A stretch of DNA of 64,000 bases from a virus. Each line of letters begins with the position of its first letter. The stretch's first letter is position 1. Position numbers and translations under genes: made by a program. Under the pieces are notes generated by a model. It saw only the letters and a list, made by a program, of their open reading frames with translations. It searched no databases and was not told the origin of the DNA. Where the stretch lies: the IMG/VR virus record IMGVR_UViG_3300032322_002195, positions 1 through 64,000 of that record. The stretch is one strand, 5' to 3'. This document shows positions 19,588 through 30,489 of the stretch, one piece after another.

Positions 19588-20281
19588 ATTAGAAAATATT
19601 ACTTTAGTGGCTGTGACATCAGTAAATATTGATGCACATGTAAAGGCTTTAGAATATAGTTGTAAAGATATAGAATTTGGTGCTGTAAAACTACTATCAG
19701 ATGTTTGTCCAGATAACCTACCAAGTTATATTAAACATGAAAAAATAGACAAACTAACTCATCCAATTGGTGAAAATCTTGGTGGTGGTAAAGACCAATG
19801 GAATTATTTTATGGTTTATAAACTTGGCAGTTTTATTGAAACTGAATATGCTATAATAATCCATCATGATGGATTTGTTGTAAACGCTTCTTCATGGAAC
19901 CCAGATTTCTTAAATTATGATTATATTGGGTCACCATGGTTTTTACCTCACGATAATTTTTCTTACAGAGACGTTAACGGAGAAATAATTAGAGTTGGAA
20001 ATAGTGTTGGCCTTAGAAGTAAAAGGTTGATGGATTTGCCTAGTAAAATAGATATGGAATGGAAACCATTTCATGGTTATTGGAATGAAGACGGATTTAT
20101 AAGTGTGAATAATAGACATATATTTATGCAACATGGTATGCGTTTTCCAGATTTGAATGTCGGTAAATCGTTTTCACATGGATGCATGATTCCAGAAGTA
20201 CTTGAAGATGCTATGAATGGCATTAAACCTTTTATGTTTCATCGATATGATGGGACAAACGCTCATTACCCTAAATTTTAA
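19580..20281 (+). CDS. DUF5672-like putative glycosyltransferase
   Basis: IIHHDGFVVN, FLNYDYIGSPW, VGNSVGLRSK, NEDGF. Confidence 0.7.
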   Translation: MLKLENITLVAVTSVNIDAHVKALEYSCKDIEFGAVKLLSDVCPDNLPSYIKHEKIDKLTHPIGENLGGGKDQWNYFMVYKLGSFIETEYAIIIHHDGFVVNASSWNPDFLNYDYIGSPWFLPHDNFSYRDVNGEIIRVGNSVGLRSKRLMDLPSKIDMEWKPFHGYWNEDGFISVNNRHIFMQHGMRFPDLNVGKSFSHGCMIPEVLEDAMNGIKPFMFHRYDGTNAHYPKF

Positions 20282-20292
20282 AAAAAAAACAT

Positions 20293-20964
20293 ATGAACAT
20301 ATTAAAAACAATACTTAAAGATGGTTATTTGGTTTTTGATGTTGGATGCAACATCGGAGAAAAAGCAAATTATTATTTACAACTAAACACAAAAGTTGTG
20401 GGTTTTGAACCACAACCAAAATGCGTAAATGCGTTACTTAAACGTTTTAAAGACAATGATAACATAGTAATCGAACCGATTGGGCTAGATAAAGAAAAAG
20501 GTGTTTCGGTTATATACGAAGCTTCACATGATACTATTTCATCAATGTCTTTAGATTTCATAAACACAGTTAAAAAAGAAAGATTTTCTGGTTATAATTG
20601 GGGTGAAAAAATTGATATTAATATCGACACCTTAGATAATATGATTTTAAAACATGGTAAACCTAACTATATTAAAATAGATGTGGAAGGATATGAATTA
20701 AATGTTTTACAAGGTTTAACAACACCTATCGATATCATTTCTGTTGAATTCACTCCAGAATTATGTCAATCATCAGTTGATTGTGTTAATTACATTGAAA
20801 GTATAAATGGAGAATGTGTATACAATTATGGTTATAGAGAAGATTTGGATTTTAAATTTGATACTTGGTTAAATAAACAAGATTTGCTTTCTTATATAGA
20901 ATCTGTAAAAGATTTTAGCTTTGAATTCGGAGACATATATGTAAAGATAAAAGATAAAAAATAA
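20293..20964 (+). CDS. FkbM-family methyltransferase
   Basis: VFDVGCNIG, GFEPQ, IKIDVEGYELNVLQG. Confidence 0.9.
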   Translation: MNILKTILKDGYLVFDVGCNIGEKANYYLQLNTKVVGFEPQPKCVNALLKRFKDNDNIVIEPIGLDKEKGVSVIYEASHDTISSMSLDFINTVKKERFSGYNWGEKIDINIDTLDNMILKHGKPNYIKIDVEGYELNVLQGLTTPIDIISVEFTPELCQSSVDCVNYIESINGECVYNYGYREDLDFKFDTWLNKQDLLSYIESVKDFSFEFGDIYVKIKDKK

Positions 20965-20970
20965 TTAATT

Positions 20971-21615
20971 ATGGGACTAATAAACGACCTCTGTATAAAA
21001 TATGGTACAGACAAAAGCGACAACTTGCACAATTACGCTGAAAAATATGAAAAATACTTTTCAGCTTACAAAGATAAAGAATTGAAAATTTTAGAAATCG
21101 GTATTTTTAATGGGTTTTCGCTAAAAACTTGGGAAGAATATTTTGTAAAATCAAAAATATACGGTATAGATATTCTTGACTGTTCAAGAATGAATACTGA
21201 TAGAATTAAAACGTTTGTTTGTGACCAAACAAATTTAGAAGAGCTAAAAAAAATTAATGATATGTATGGTCCATTTGATATTATTATTGATGATGGTTCA
21301 CATAAAAGCAAAGACATGAAAAAAACGTTTGATTTTCTATTTCCATTACTAAACAACAATGGTTTATATGTAGTTGAAGATTTGCATTGTTGTTATTGGG
21401 ATATCTTCAGCCCAAATGAAACTGATTTTATGGATAGGCTTAAAGAACTATTAGATATCGTTAATTCTAACGGTAAATGTGGTTTAGCTGAATTAAAAAA
21501 CATATCCAAGGACCATTTCTATCAAGATAAAGTTTTAGGTGAAATGACTTGGTTTGAAATGAATGTAGCATTTATTAACTTATATAAAAGCATTGTTTTT
21601 ATTGGTAAAAACTAA
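20971..21615 (+). CDS. Class I SAM-dependent (sugar O-) methyltransferase
   Basis: GTDK, LEIGI, FDIIIDDGSH, GLYVVEDL. Confidence 0.85.
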   Translation: MGLINDLCIKYGTDKSDNLHNYAEKYEKYFSAYKDKELKILEIGIFNGFSLKTWEEYFVKSKIYGIDILDCSRMNTDRIKTFVCDQTNLEELKKINDMYGPFDIIIDDGSHKSKDMKKTFDFLFPLLNNNGLYVVEDLHCCYWDIFSPNETDFMDRLKELLDIVNSNGKCGLAELKNISKDHFYQDKVLGEMTWFEMNVAFINLYKSIVFIGKN

Positions 21616-21649
21616 ATAACATAATAACAAAAATAAAAAGAAAAAACAG

Positions 21650-22267
21650 ATGAAAATAGCTGAAATTTTATTAAAGTACAAGACAGACAAAAATTATGGA
21701 ACAATTAAAAATATCTATGATGATTTATATAGATGGAATATTGTTGATAACCCAGAACCTTGTATCGGTCATTCATATGGTTTATCGTATGATGAAATAT
21801 TCGAAAAATTTGATAGAAACGCCCCAATTAATTTTTTAGAAATTGGTATACAAAAGGGTGGTAGTTTATGTGCGTGGAAAGACTACTTCCAAAATGGAAA
21901 TATATATGGTATTGATATTATAGATTGTATATTAGATGAATATAGAAGACCAGATTTTAATTATATAATTTCTGACATCAAAAACCCTTCACTTAAAGAA
22001 ACACTTAAAGATGTAATGTTTGATATTATTATTGACGATGGAAGTCATCATCTAAATGATGTTATGTTTGTAGTTAACAATTATTTAGATAAACTTAATA
22101 AAGGAGGTTTTTTAATAATAGAAGATTGTCAACAACCAGAACATTGGCTTAGTTATGTAAAACCTTTGATACCTAATGGGTATGAGCTTACAACTAGAGA
22201 TTTAAGACATGATACGCAGTATTCTTCTTACGATAACTTTTTAATAGTAATTGAAAGAAAGGCATGA
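21650..22267 (+). CDS. Class I SAM-dependent (sugar O-) methyltransferase, paralogue of the upstream gene
   Basis: KTDK, LEIGIQKGGS, FDIIIDDGSH, GFLIIED. Confidence 0.85.
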   Translation: MKIAEILLKYKTDKNYGTIKNIYDDLYRWNIVDNPEPCIGHSYGLSYDEIFEKFDRNAPINFLEIGIQKGGSLCAWKDYFQNGNIYGIDIIDCILDEYRRPDFNYIISDIKNPSLKETLKDVMFDIIIDDGSHHLNDVMFVVNNYLDKLNKGGFLIIEDCQQPEHWLSYVKPLIPNGYELTTRDLRHDTQYSSYDNFLIVIERKA

Positions 22268-22860
22268 AAAAATATGATGTTATCATAGCTAGATATAATG
22301 AAGATGTTTCATGGGTTAAAGAATTAGATTCAAATAAATTCAACATTAAACTTTACAACAAAGGTGAACAAAACATTGAAATTGAATCAATATCTTTGGA
22401 AAATTTTGGAAGAGATGGTCATACTTTCATAAATTATATTGTAGAAAATTATAACAATTTACCAGATTATGTTATTTTTCTACAAGGCAAACCGTTTGAC
22501 CATTGTAAAAATGTGTTTGAAATGATTAAAAATCATACCGATGAACCCTACGTATGTTTATCAGACCATGTTATTGATGAGAATATTAATGGTTGGTATG
22601 AGCATTTGGTTGAAAAAGACTCATCAATGCCATTTCCAAACATGAAAAGATTTAGATTAAAAGAAACAGCCAACGCAATTTTAGGTTCAGAAACACCAGA
22701 AAAATGTACGTTTGCTGCTGGTCAACAATACATTATTAATAAAAATTACATTTTAAATCGTTCCCATGATTTCTATAAAGTAATTCTAGAACGATTTAAA
22801 ATTGATTTCGTTTTGCCATGGCATGTTGAAAGGTTATGGTTTAACATTCTTAAATTTTAA
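22264..22860 (+). CDS. DUF3431-like protein
   Basis: IIARYNEDVSW, NFGRDGHTF, VIFLQGKPFDH, HVERLW. Confidence 0.75.
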   Translation: MKKYDVIIARYNEDVSWVKELDSNKFNIKLYNKGEQNIEIESISLENFGRDGHTFINYIVENYNNLPDYVIFLQGKPFDHCKNVFEMIKNHTDEPYVCLSDHVIDENINGWYEHLVEKDSSMPFPNMKRFRLKETANAILGSETPEKCTFAAGQQYIINKNYILNRSHDFYKVILERFKIDFVLPWHVERLWFNILKF

Positions 22861-22867
22861 AATATAG

Positions 22868-23806
22868 GTGAAAAATAATTACAAAATAGTTGCAATAACG
22901 CCATCTGGACGTAGAAATTATCTAGAAATTTTATATAAATATATGTGTAAAAACAAACACATATTAGATAGATGGGATTTATGGGTTAATACTGAAAACT
23001 CTGAGGATTTAGAGTATATGAAAAACTTATCTAATAACGATTCATTTGTTAATTTGGTTTACCCGACTTGGCCATATTATAGAGATTGTCCTAATTTATC
23101 GCTAGCACCGTTCTGGTCTAAAGCAACAGATGAAGATACAATTTATGTTAGGTTTGATGACGATGTTGTCTTTGTTGCTGATAATACAATAGAAAATTTG
23201 GTTAACTTTAGACTTGAACATGAAGAATATTTTTTTATATACCCATTTATTATAAATAACCCTTTTCATTCAAAAATTTTACAAGACAGGGGGTTGATTG
23301 ATAATAGACATGGTATTATTAGAACACATAAAGAACTAGCAATGTTAGGTCCTAGTGACCCTGTAGCGTTAACTAACCCATCTTTTGCTAGATATTTACA
23401 CGAAACCTTCATAGATAGTTATCAAAAAGGTGACTATAACAAATTTATGTGTGATGAAAAAATAGTTTTTGAAATAGGTGACACATCATATAAATACGGC
23501 ACCAACAAAACAAGCGAATTAGTCACAGATGGCGGCCCACAAGTATCAATAAATTGTGTTTGTTGGTTTGGTCATACATTCAAAAAAATATGCCCAATAA
23601 ATGATTGTTACTTTGAAGGTAACTCTGACCAGTCTGAACTGACTGATGAAGAAGCGTATTTAACCATAGTTAAAACTAAAGATTTAGGTATGCCATCATG
23701 TACCGCACCAAATACATTGGTATCTCATTTTTTATTTGGCCCTCAAAGAAGACATGATGGGATGATTGATATATTACAAAAATACAAAGACATTTCAAAT
23801 GTATGA
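22868..23806 (+). CDS. Putative GT-A glycosyltransferase
   Basis: TPSGRRNYL, YVRFDDDVVF (DxD); GTG start. Confidence 0.65.
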   Translation: MKNNYKIVAITPSGRRNYLEILYKYMCKNKHILDRWDLWVNTENSEDLEYMKNLSNNDSFVNLVYPTWPYYRDCPNLSLAPFWSKATDEDTIYVRFDDDVVFVADNTIENLVNFRLEHEEYFFIYPFIINNPFHSKILQDRGLIDNRHGIIRTHKELAMLGPSDPVALTNPSFARYLHETFIDSYQKGDYNKFMCDEKIVFEIGDTSYKYGTNKTSELVTDGGPQVSINCVCWFGHTFKKICPINDCYFEGNSDQSELTDEEAYLTIVKTKDLGMPSCTAPNTLVSHFLFGPQRRHDGMIDILQKYKDISNV

Positions 23807-24893
23807 TTTTGTAATTGTTGGTTCTGGATTTTTTGGTGCTATTTGTGCTAGAGAATTAACAGATTTGGGTCACAAATGTTTGGTACTGGAAAATAGAAAC
23901 CATATTGGTGGTAATTGCTATACCGAGAATAGAGATGGTATAAACATACACAAATATGGTCCGCACATATTCCACACTTCAAACGAAGAAGTTTGGGGAT
24001 GGATTAACAAATATGCTGAATTTAATGATTTTACTTTTAGGCCAGTAGCAAATTATAAAGGTGAAATCTATTCACTACCATTTAATATGTGGACGTTTTC
24101 AAAATTATTTAATGTGGTGTCACCAAACGATGCTAAAAAAATAATAGAAACGCAAACAACTACAATTACTGACCCTAAAAATTTAGAAGAACAAGCCATA
24201 AAATTAGTTGGATATGACGTTTATGAAAAATTAATAAAGGGATACACAACTAAACAATGGAAAAAAGACCCGAAATTACTACCGAAAGAAATCATTAAAC
24301 GATTACCAGTAAGGTTTACTTATGATAACAATTATTTTAATGATAAATATCAAGGTATTCCTATTGGTGGTTACACTGAAATATTTAAAAAGTTGTTGGA
24401 TGGTATTGACGTTAAATTAGAAAATGATTACCTTTGTAATAAAGAATATTGGGATAATTTAGGTAAAAAAATAATCTACACAGGTCCTATTGATAAATTT
24501 TATAATTATCAATTTGGTTATTTAGAATATAAGACAACTAATTTTGAACATAAATTTTTTAATGTTGAAAATTATCAAGGTACTTCCGTTATGAATTATA
24601 CTGATTTAGATACAAAATTTACTAGAATTATTGAACATAAACATTTTGAAAAAAATGATGTTGAAAACACTTGGGTTACATGGGAATATCCTGTGGATTA
24701 TGAACCAGAAAAAACAGAACCTATGTATCCAGTTAATGATTTTGAAAACAATCTTAAATATTCAAAATATAAAGAATTAGCAAACACTGAAAAAAAAATA
24801 ATTTTTGGAGGTAGATTGGCAGAATACAAATATTATGATATGCATCAAGTAATTGAATCTGCGTTGTCTACTGTTAAAAAACTAACAAAATAA
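23799..24893 (+). CDS. glf: UDP-galactopyranose mutase
   Basis: IVGSGFFG, HIGGNCY, HKYGPHIFHT, YFNDKYQGIP, GGRLAEYKYYDMHQ. Confidence 0.95.
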   Translation: MYDFVIVGSGFFGAICARELTDLGHKCLVLENRNHIGGNCYTENRDGINIHKYGPHIFHTSNEEVWGWINKYAEFNDFTFRPVANYKGEIYSLPFNMWTFSKLFNVVSPNDAKKIIETQTTTITDPKNLEEQAIKLVGYDVYEKLIKGYTTKQWKKDPKLLPKEIIKRLPVRFTYDNNYFNDKYQGIPIGGYTEIFKKLLDGIDVKLENDYLCNKEYWDNLGKKIIYTGPIDKFYNYQFGYLEYKTTNFEHKFFNVENYQGTSVMNYTDLDTKFTRIIEHKHFEKNDVENTWVTWEYPVDYEPEKTEPMYPVNDFENNLKYSKYKELANTEKKIIFGGRLAEYKYYDMHQVIESALSTVKKLTK

Positions 24894-25741
24894 TGGAAAA
24901 AGTTTACATCATATCTGTCTTCAACAAACACGAAGATTTTATTAAATTACAATATGATAGCATATTAAAACATGTTAAAGGTGAGTATGAATATATTATC
25001 TTTAATAATGCTTCTGATGAAATACAAGCTAACAAAATAAAAGACATTTGTGATGACTTAAACATCCAATCTTATAGAATAAAAGTTGATTATAATATGG
25101 GTCCATCTGATATAGCTGGTGAAGCACTTAATCAGTCATTTAATCATCTATCAGATAAATTAGTTTTTAAAATTGATTCAGATATGTTTTTTATTTCTGA
25201 CATTGAATTAACTAAAATATGTAACAATTATGATTTATTTTATATTGAAACTCAAAATAAATTTATGTGGTCAGCAGTTTTTTCAATTAATATGAAAAAA
25301 GTTAAAAACATAAAATTAAATTTCAGACCACATGTTATACCAAATACAGATACATTTGGTCAATCGTGTTTATTAACTGAAAATTCAGAATACACTAGAA
25401 AAAAAATGTTTTTATATTGTATTTTAACAGATGTAAACAATGAAATTAATGGGTTGATTAATAATGACTGTAGAATAACATTAAATAATTATAATTTAAC
25501 ATTTAACGAAAATTTTTTGTATGAAGATTTGTTTGAAAAATTACCAAACAAATATTCTAAAATATCTAAAACTATGGTTGATTATAATTTCCCACACCCA
25601 TATCATATTGATTTTATTACTTTAGATGATGTTGATGTTATAATACATTTTAAATCATCAAATCATGATAACATATATCGTAACTTAGAATACACTGAAA
25701 ATAAAAAAATAGCATTAACAAAATTTTTAAATGATAATTAA
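24893..25741 (+). CDS. Putative GT-A glycosyltransferase
   Basis: FIKLQY, IIFNNA, KIDSDMFF (DxD). Confidence 0.6.
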   Translation: MEKVYIISVFNKHEDFIKLQYDSILKHVKGEYEYIIFNNASDEIQANKIKDICDDLNIQSYRIKVDYNMGPSDIAGEALNQSFNHLSDKLVFKIDSDMFFISDIELTKICNNYDLFYIETQNKFMWSAVFSINMKKVKNIKLNFRPHVIPNTDTFGQSCLLTENSEYTRKKMFLYCILTDVNNEINGLINNDCRITLNNYNLTFNENFLYEDLFEKLPNKYSKISKTMVDYNFPHPYHIDFITLDDVDVIIHFKSSNHDNIYRNLEYTENKKIALTKFLNDN

Positions 25742-26653
25742 ATGATAACAACAAATCTAACAGGTAATTTGGGTAACCACATGTGGCAATATGCTGTATG
25801 TAGAACCATAGCTGAAAAACTTGGATATGAATGGGGTATAAACCCAAGCCCAAGTCATGATTATTTTAATGGTAAAAGCCAAATGACGTTTATGAACGTT
25901 GATTTTGGTAAACCAGTTGAAGGTATAACAAAAGAATTCCATGAAACATGGAAAGTTTTTTCGCATGTTGACGATGTTAATATCACAATGCTAGACCCTA
26001 AACTATACGAAATAGAAGATAATTCAATTATGCTAGGTCATAATGGGGCCAAAGGAGGTATATACCAATCTGAAGATTACATCATAGATAGAAAAGAAGA
26101 TATTAAAAAATGGTTTGAAATTAAATCTGAATCCAAACAAACTTATGATAAAATATTAAGTGATATGGGGATTAGTTTGGATGAGAATTTATGTGTTATT
26201 AATTTTAGAGGTGGTGAGTACAGAAGCATACCTAATGTTTTACTAAGAAAAGAATATTGGAAAAACGCCATCAATCATATGTTAAATATTAACCCTAGTA
26301 TGAAATTTTTATTGATTACCGATGATGTACAATGTGCAAATAGCTTCATGCCTTTTCAAATTCAAGCAATACATGTAGATGTTGGTTTTGATTATTACGT
26401 TGTTAATCAAGCAAAATGGTTAATAATATCAAATTCAACATTTGGTTGGTGGGCAGCTTGGTTAAATGAAAAAGTTGAAAAAATAATTGCTCCTAAACAT
26501 TGGTCTAGACATAACGTTAGTGATGGTTATTGGGCGACTGGTGACGCTTACACCAGATGTTTCACATATATGGATAGAGAAGGTAATTTATCTGATTATG
26601 AAACGTGTAAAACTGAAGCAATAAATTATTATAAAAACAAAAACTTGATATGA
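25742..26653 (+). CDS. GT11 fucosyltransferase-like protein
   Basis: GNLGNHMWQY, NFRGGEY, SNSTFGWWAAWL, IIAPKHW. Confidence 0.85.
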   Translation: MITTNLTGNLGNHMWQYAVCRTIAEKLGYEWGINPSPSHDYFNGKSQMTFMNVDFGKPVEGITKEFHETWKVFSHVDDVNITMLDPKLYEIEDNSIMLGHNGAKGGIYQSEDYIIDRKEDIKKWFEIKSESKQTYDKILSDMGISLDENLCVINFRGGEYRSIPNVLLRKEYWKNAINHMLNINPSMKFLLITDDVQCANSFMPFQIQAIHVDVGFDYYVVNQAKWLIISNSTFGWWAAWLNEKVEKIIAPKHWSRHNVSDGYWATGDAYTRCFTYMDREGNLSDYETCKTEAINYYKNKNLI

Positions 26654-27510
26654 AAATATACGATGCTTTTCTATTCTTTAATGAATTAGAATTACTAGAG
26701 ATGAGAATGAATATTTTAAACGATGTTGTTGATTATTTTGTTGTTGTCGAATCAACAATAACATTTAGCTCTAAACCTAAACAATTATTATTTCATGAAA
26801 ACAGACACTTATTTGATAAGTTTAATGATAAGATAATCCATGTGATTATTGATGATTCACCAAATAGTTTTTTGAAAATAAATTATATTGATAACCCTAA
26901 AACTGATAGTGAAATATTAAAAAATAAAATTTTAAAACATGTTGATGAATCACCAAATTGGCCACGACATGAAAGTCAATGGGGTATTGAAACTTACCAA
27001 AGAGAATCAATAATTAAAGGGTTGGTTAATTGTAATGATGATGATATTGTTATTGTATCAGATGTAGATGAAATCCCAAATCCAATCGAAATAGAAAAAC
27101 TTAAAAATATTGGTTACGATGTTTTTAATTTTAATCAAAACATGTATTATTATTATGTAAACATGTTAAAAGAAAATAATTGGTCTGGTCCTAAAGCATG
27201 TTCATGGGGTAAATTAAAAACAATATCCTTAAATAGTTTAAGACAAAATAAACACACAACCAAAATGATATCTAATGGTGGTTGGCACTTTAGTTTTATG
27301 GGTGGTGAACATAAGGTAATTGAAAAAATTGAAGCTTATGCCCATCAAGAATTTAATAAACCATACTATAAAGAAAATGTTAGAAATAATATAATGTCAA
27401 ATAACGACCCTTTTTTTAGAGGTAGTCTAACACATGTAAGTATAGATGAAACATATCCTAAATATTTGCTAGAAAATTTAGAAAAATATAGTCATATGGT
27501 TAAAGAATAA
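26650..27510 (+). CDS. GT17-like beta-1,4-N-acetylglucosaminyltransferase
   Basis: [39 protein letters not shown]. Confidence 0.85.
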   Translation: MKIYDAFLFFNELELLEMRMNILNDVVDYFVVVESTITFSSKPKQLLFHENRHLFDKFNDKIIHVIIDDSPNSFLKINYIDNPKTDSEILKNKILKHVDESPNWPRHESQWGIETYQRESIIKGLVNCNDDDIVIVSDVDEIPNPIEIEKLKNIGYDVFNFNQNMYYYYVNMLKENNWSGPKACSWGKLKTISLNSLRQNKHTTKMISNGGWHFSFMGGEHKVIEKIEAYAHQEFNKPYYKENVRNNIMSNNDPFFRGSLTHVSIDETYPKYLLENLEKYSHMVKE

Positions 27511-27551
27511 ATCTTTACTGTTTTATTTTTAATCATTTTTTCAATAAAAAT

Positions 27552-27863
27552 ATGAATAAACTAGCTTTAATTATAGGTGCAAACGGCCAAGATGCTTCGT
27601 ACATGGCCGAGTTTTTGGTTGAAAAAGGTTATGAACTACACGGAACTATAAGAAGAAATTCAGTACCAGAATCGCAAACAACTAGAATTGAACATAGAAA
27701 AATATATTAAAACAGATAAAAAATTTGAAAGAGCAGAAGAACTTCATTATTTAAGAGGTGATGCAACAAAGCTAAAACAATTTTAGGGTGGGAATTAGAA
27801 TATACGTTTGAAACCATGTTAGATGAAATGATAGAATATTGGCAAATTAAATTGAAAAAATAA
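27552..27863 (+). pseudogene. gmd: GDP-mannose 4,6-dehydratase remnant (large internal deletion plus frameshift)
   Basis: N-terminal [37 protein letters not shown]...RIEH joins out of frame to C-terminal [23 protein letters not shown], then after a further frameshift to AKTILGWELEYTFETMLDEMI. Confidence 0.85.
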
Positions 27864-27903
27864 TTTAATGTAAAACTTTAGGATATTTATTTATAAAAGT
27901 TGC

Positions 27904-29814
27904 ATGGCTAAAAGGACAACCTCACCTAGAGTTAAAAAACAAGAAGTAGACATTTCAGACTTCGTTTCAAGTTTCAATAACGGACTTCTTTCAAATATCA
28001 AAATAGATATAAAACACAAAAACGAAACACAAAAGAAACTCACACAAGCTATTAAAAAGAATGATGTTATCATTTGTACTGGTCCTCCAGGATGCGGGAA
28101 AGCCCAAAGTATAGATTCATTGGTTTTAACACCTAACGGTTATGTTAAAATGGGTAATATCAATATAGGTGATTATGTTATTGGTATTGATGGGTTACCT
28201 ATAAAAGTTAATGGTGTATACCCACAAGGTGAAAAAGATATCTATTTGATAACTTTTTCAGATGGTACATCGACAGAATGTTGTGGCGAACATTTGTGGT
28301 TAACTCAAAATTATGAAGAACGAAATTACAGAAAAAGAGTAAGGACTAAAGAAAATCAAAGAATTAGAATTGGTAATAAGGGAAAAGAAGGTTCTGTTAG
28401 AAATACATTAGAAATAATGAATAATTTATTTGTGGGTATAAAATCAAAAAAAATAAATCATTCAATACCAATTGTAAAACCAATTAAATTTGAGAAAAAA
28501 CAAACTGATATTGACCCATATTTACTTGGTTGTTTATTAGGAGACGGTGGTTTTACAACAGCTAGTTTAAGTTTTACAACAAACGATTTAGAAATTGTAG
28601 AAATGTTAAAAAATAAAATGCCAGATAATCACATAATTAAAGAGAGATATGAACAAAATTATGTTATTAAATCTATTGGGGTTAAAGAAAATATAATAAC
28701 AACATATTTGCGAAAAGCTAATTTATTTGGGTTAAAATCAAATGAAAAATTCATACCAAAAGAATTTTTAATAAACGACATTGAAACTAGATTAGAAATT
28801 CTTAGAGGGTTATTAGATACTGATGGTTCTGTTCATAAACAAGCTGGAACCCCTTTATTTTATTCAACGTCTGAACAATTAATTAAAGATGTTACATTTA
28901 TCGTTCAATCATTAGGCGGTATTGTTACGAAAAAAGAAAAGATAGGTAAATATAAAAAATTAAATGGGGAAATAAAAGAATGTAAAAAAATTTATACATT
29001 ATATATAAACTTACCAAATGAATATATACCATTTAAACTAAAAAGAAAAATTAATTTATTAAAAAAAAGAACAAAATATCAACCTATTAGATATATTAAA
29101 AACATAACATTGGTTGGTAAAAAAGAAGCTCAGTGTATATCTGTAGATGATAAAAAACATTTATATTTAACCAATGATTGTATTGTAACACATAACACAT
29201 TTTTATCATGTGCTCAATCTCTATTTGAACTAAAAGAAAACGATAAAATACGTAAAATAGTTTTAGTCAAATCTGTCACAACACTTAAAACAGAAGAAAT
29301 AGGTTTTTTAAAAGGTACTTTAGAAGAAAAAATGGAACCATTTATTTTTTCTTTTATAAAAAATTTTGAAAAAATTATTGGTTCAGAAACAGTAGAAAAG
29401 TTAAAAAACGAAAAATTAATCGAAACCCTTCCAATTGCCTATATGAGGGGTATTAATATTGACAATGCAATAATTATTGTTGATGAAGCACAAAACATAA
29501 CTATTGAAAATATTAGGACTATTTTAACTAGATTAGGTGAGAATAGTAAAATGATTTTATTAGGTGATTTAAAACAAATAGACCAAAAAAATAAAAACAA
29601 TAGTGCGTTAAAATTTTTAATAGATAACTTTAAAAATATCGATAATATTGAAATTATTGAATTCGGAATTGAGGATGTGGTAAGACATCCGTTAATAAAA
29701 ATAATCGAACCAATTTTTGATTCGGTTAATGTTGATAAAAATAAAAAACCAAAAGAAATCGTTAAACCTAATAAAACAAATTGGTTGAAAAAAATATTTA
29801 GTGGTTTAAAATAA
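27904..29814 (+). CDS. phoH: PhoH-family ATPase with intein in the P-loop
   Basis: GPPGCGK/T Walker A split by the intein; IGFLKG, YMRG, VDEAQN, LTRLGE, GDLKQID, VVRHPL. Confidence 0.92.
   Translation: MAKRTTSPRVKKQEVDISDFVSSFNNGLLSNIKIDIKHKNETQKKLTQAIKKNDVIICTGPPGCGKAQSIDSLVLTPNGYVKMGNINIGDYVIGIDGLPIKVNGVYPQGEKDIYLITFSDGTSTECCGEHLWLTQNYEERNYRKRVRTKENQRIRIGNKGKEGSVRNTLEIMNNLFVGIKSKKINHSIPIVKPIKFEKKQTDIDPYLLGCLLGDGGFTTASLSFTTNDLEIVEMLKNKMPDNHIIKERYEQNYVIKSIGVKENIITTYLRKANLFGLKSNEKFIPKEFLINDIETRLEILRGLLDTDGSVHKQAGTPLFYSTSEQLIKDVTFIVQSLGGIVTKKEKIGKYKKLNGEIKECKKIYTLYINLPNEYIPFKLKRKINLLKKRTKYQPIRYIKNITLVGKKEAQCISVDDKKHLYLTNDCIVTHNTFLSCAQSLFELKENDKIRKIVLVKSVTTLKTEEIGFLKGTLEEKMEPFIFSFIKNFEKIIGSETVEKLKNEKLIETLPIAYMRGINIDNAIIIVDEAQNITIENIRTILTRLGENSKMILLGDLKQIDQKNKNNSALKFLIDNFKNIDNIEIIEFGIEDVVRHPLIKIIEPIFDSVNVDKNKKPKEIVKPNKTNWLKKIFSGLK
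28102..29196 (+). mobile_element. Intein (365 aa), Ala1 class 3-type, with LAGLIDADG endonuclease
   Basis: Starts AQSIDSLVLTP; ECCGEHLW (Trp), AQCISVD (Cys), IVTHN (Thr) then Thr+1; endonuclease motifs LLGCLLGDG and LRGLLDTDG. Confidence 0.88.
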
Positions 29815-29843
29815 AATTTACTTTACTTATTTCATATATAGCT

Positions 29844-29851
29844 TAATTTTG
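29844..29851 (+). promoter_or_regulatory. Bacteroidota-type -7 promoter box (TAATTTTG)
   Basis: TAnnTTTG in the gap before 29877. Confidence 0.45.
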
Positions 29852-29876
29852 GTATTAATAAAAATATTTTAAAATT

Positions 29877-30488
29877 ATGGCTCGTATTGGAATATCATTG
29901 AACGAAGTGCTTAGAGATTTTTTAGGGCAATTTAATTACACTTACGATAAATACATTTCTGAATCTAAAGTTAAAGAAGGAGATGTAAAATCGTTTGATT
30001 TGCTTCAATATTACGATTTTGAAGATATAAACAAATTAAATACTTTTTTATATCTGGAAGCACCTTTAGAAATTTTTGGTCATGCTGACCAACTAAGAGA
30101 CGGTTTATTCAATCGTTTAAATGAATTCATAATGGATATTGAAGATGATGAAGAACATCAAATAGAAATTGTTAGTCGTGAGGTTAACAAGTCAATCCCA
30201 TCTACCTTATTCTTTTTATCAAAAGTAGGTGCCAGACCAACAAATTTAAGATTTGTTAAAAGAAACGAAGACGAATGGGGTGATTTAGATGTTTTAATTA
30301 CAGCAAACCCAATAGCTTTAGAGACTAAACCAAACGGTAAGATTAGTGTGAAAGTTAAAGCTAGTTACAATGAAAATGTTAAAGCAGACTATGAGATAGA
30401 ATCAATATTAGATTTTATCCAAAACAACGACCTTAGAACTAAAATACTAACTAAAACAATAACAACAACATACGAAGAAATTAACTAA
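29877..30488 (+). CDS. NT5C/HAD-like protein with degenerate motif I
   Basis: RIGISLNEVLRDF occupies the usual xIGIDxDxVL position. Confidence 0.55.
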   Translation: MARIGISLNEVLRDFLGQFNYTYDKYISESKVKEGDVKSFDLLQYYDFEDINKLNTFLYLEAPLEIFGHADQLRDGLFNRLNEFIMDIEDDEEHQIEIVSREVNKSIPSTLFFLSKVGARPTNLRFVKRNEDEWGDLDVLITANPIALETKPNGKISVKVKASYNENVKADYEIESILDFIQNNDLRTKILTKTITTTYEEIN

Positions 30489-30489
30489 T

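Noticed and set aside
10414-27510. Host O-antigen/capsule locus or chimeric contig
   Set aside because: No wzx/wzy/ABC export genes, similar AT-richness to the flanks, and overlapping or tight junctions with neighbouring phage genes.
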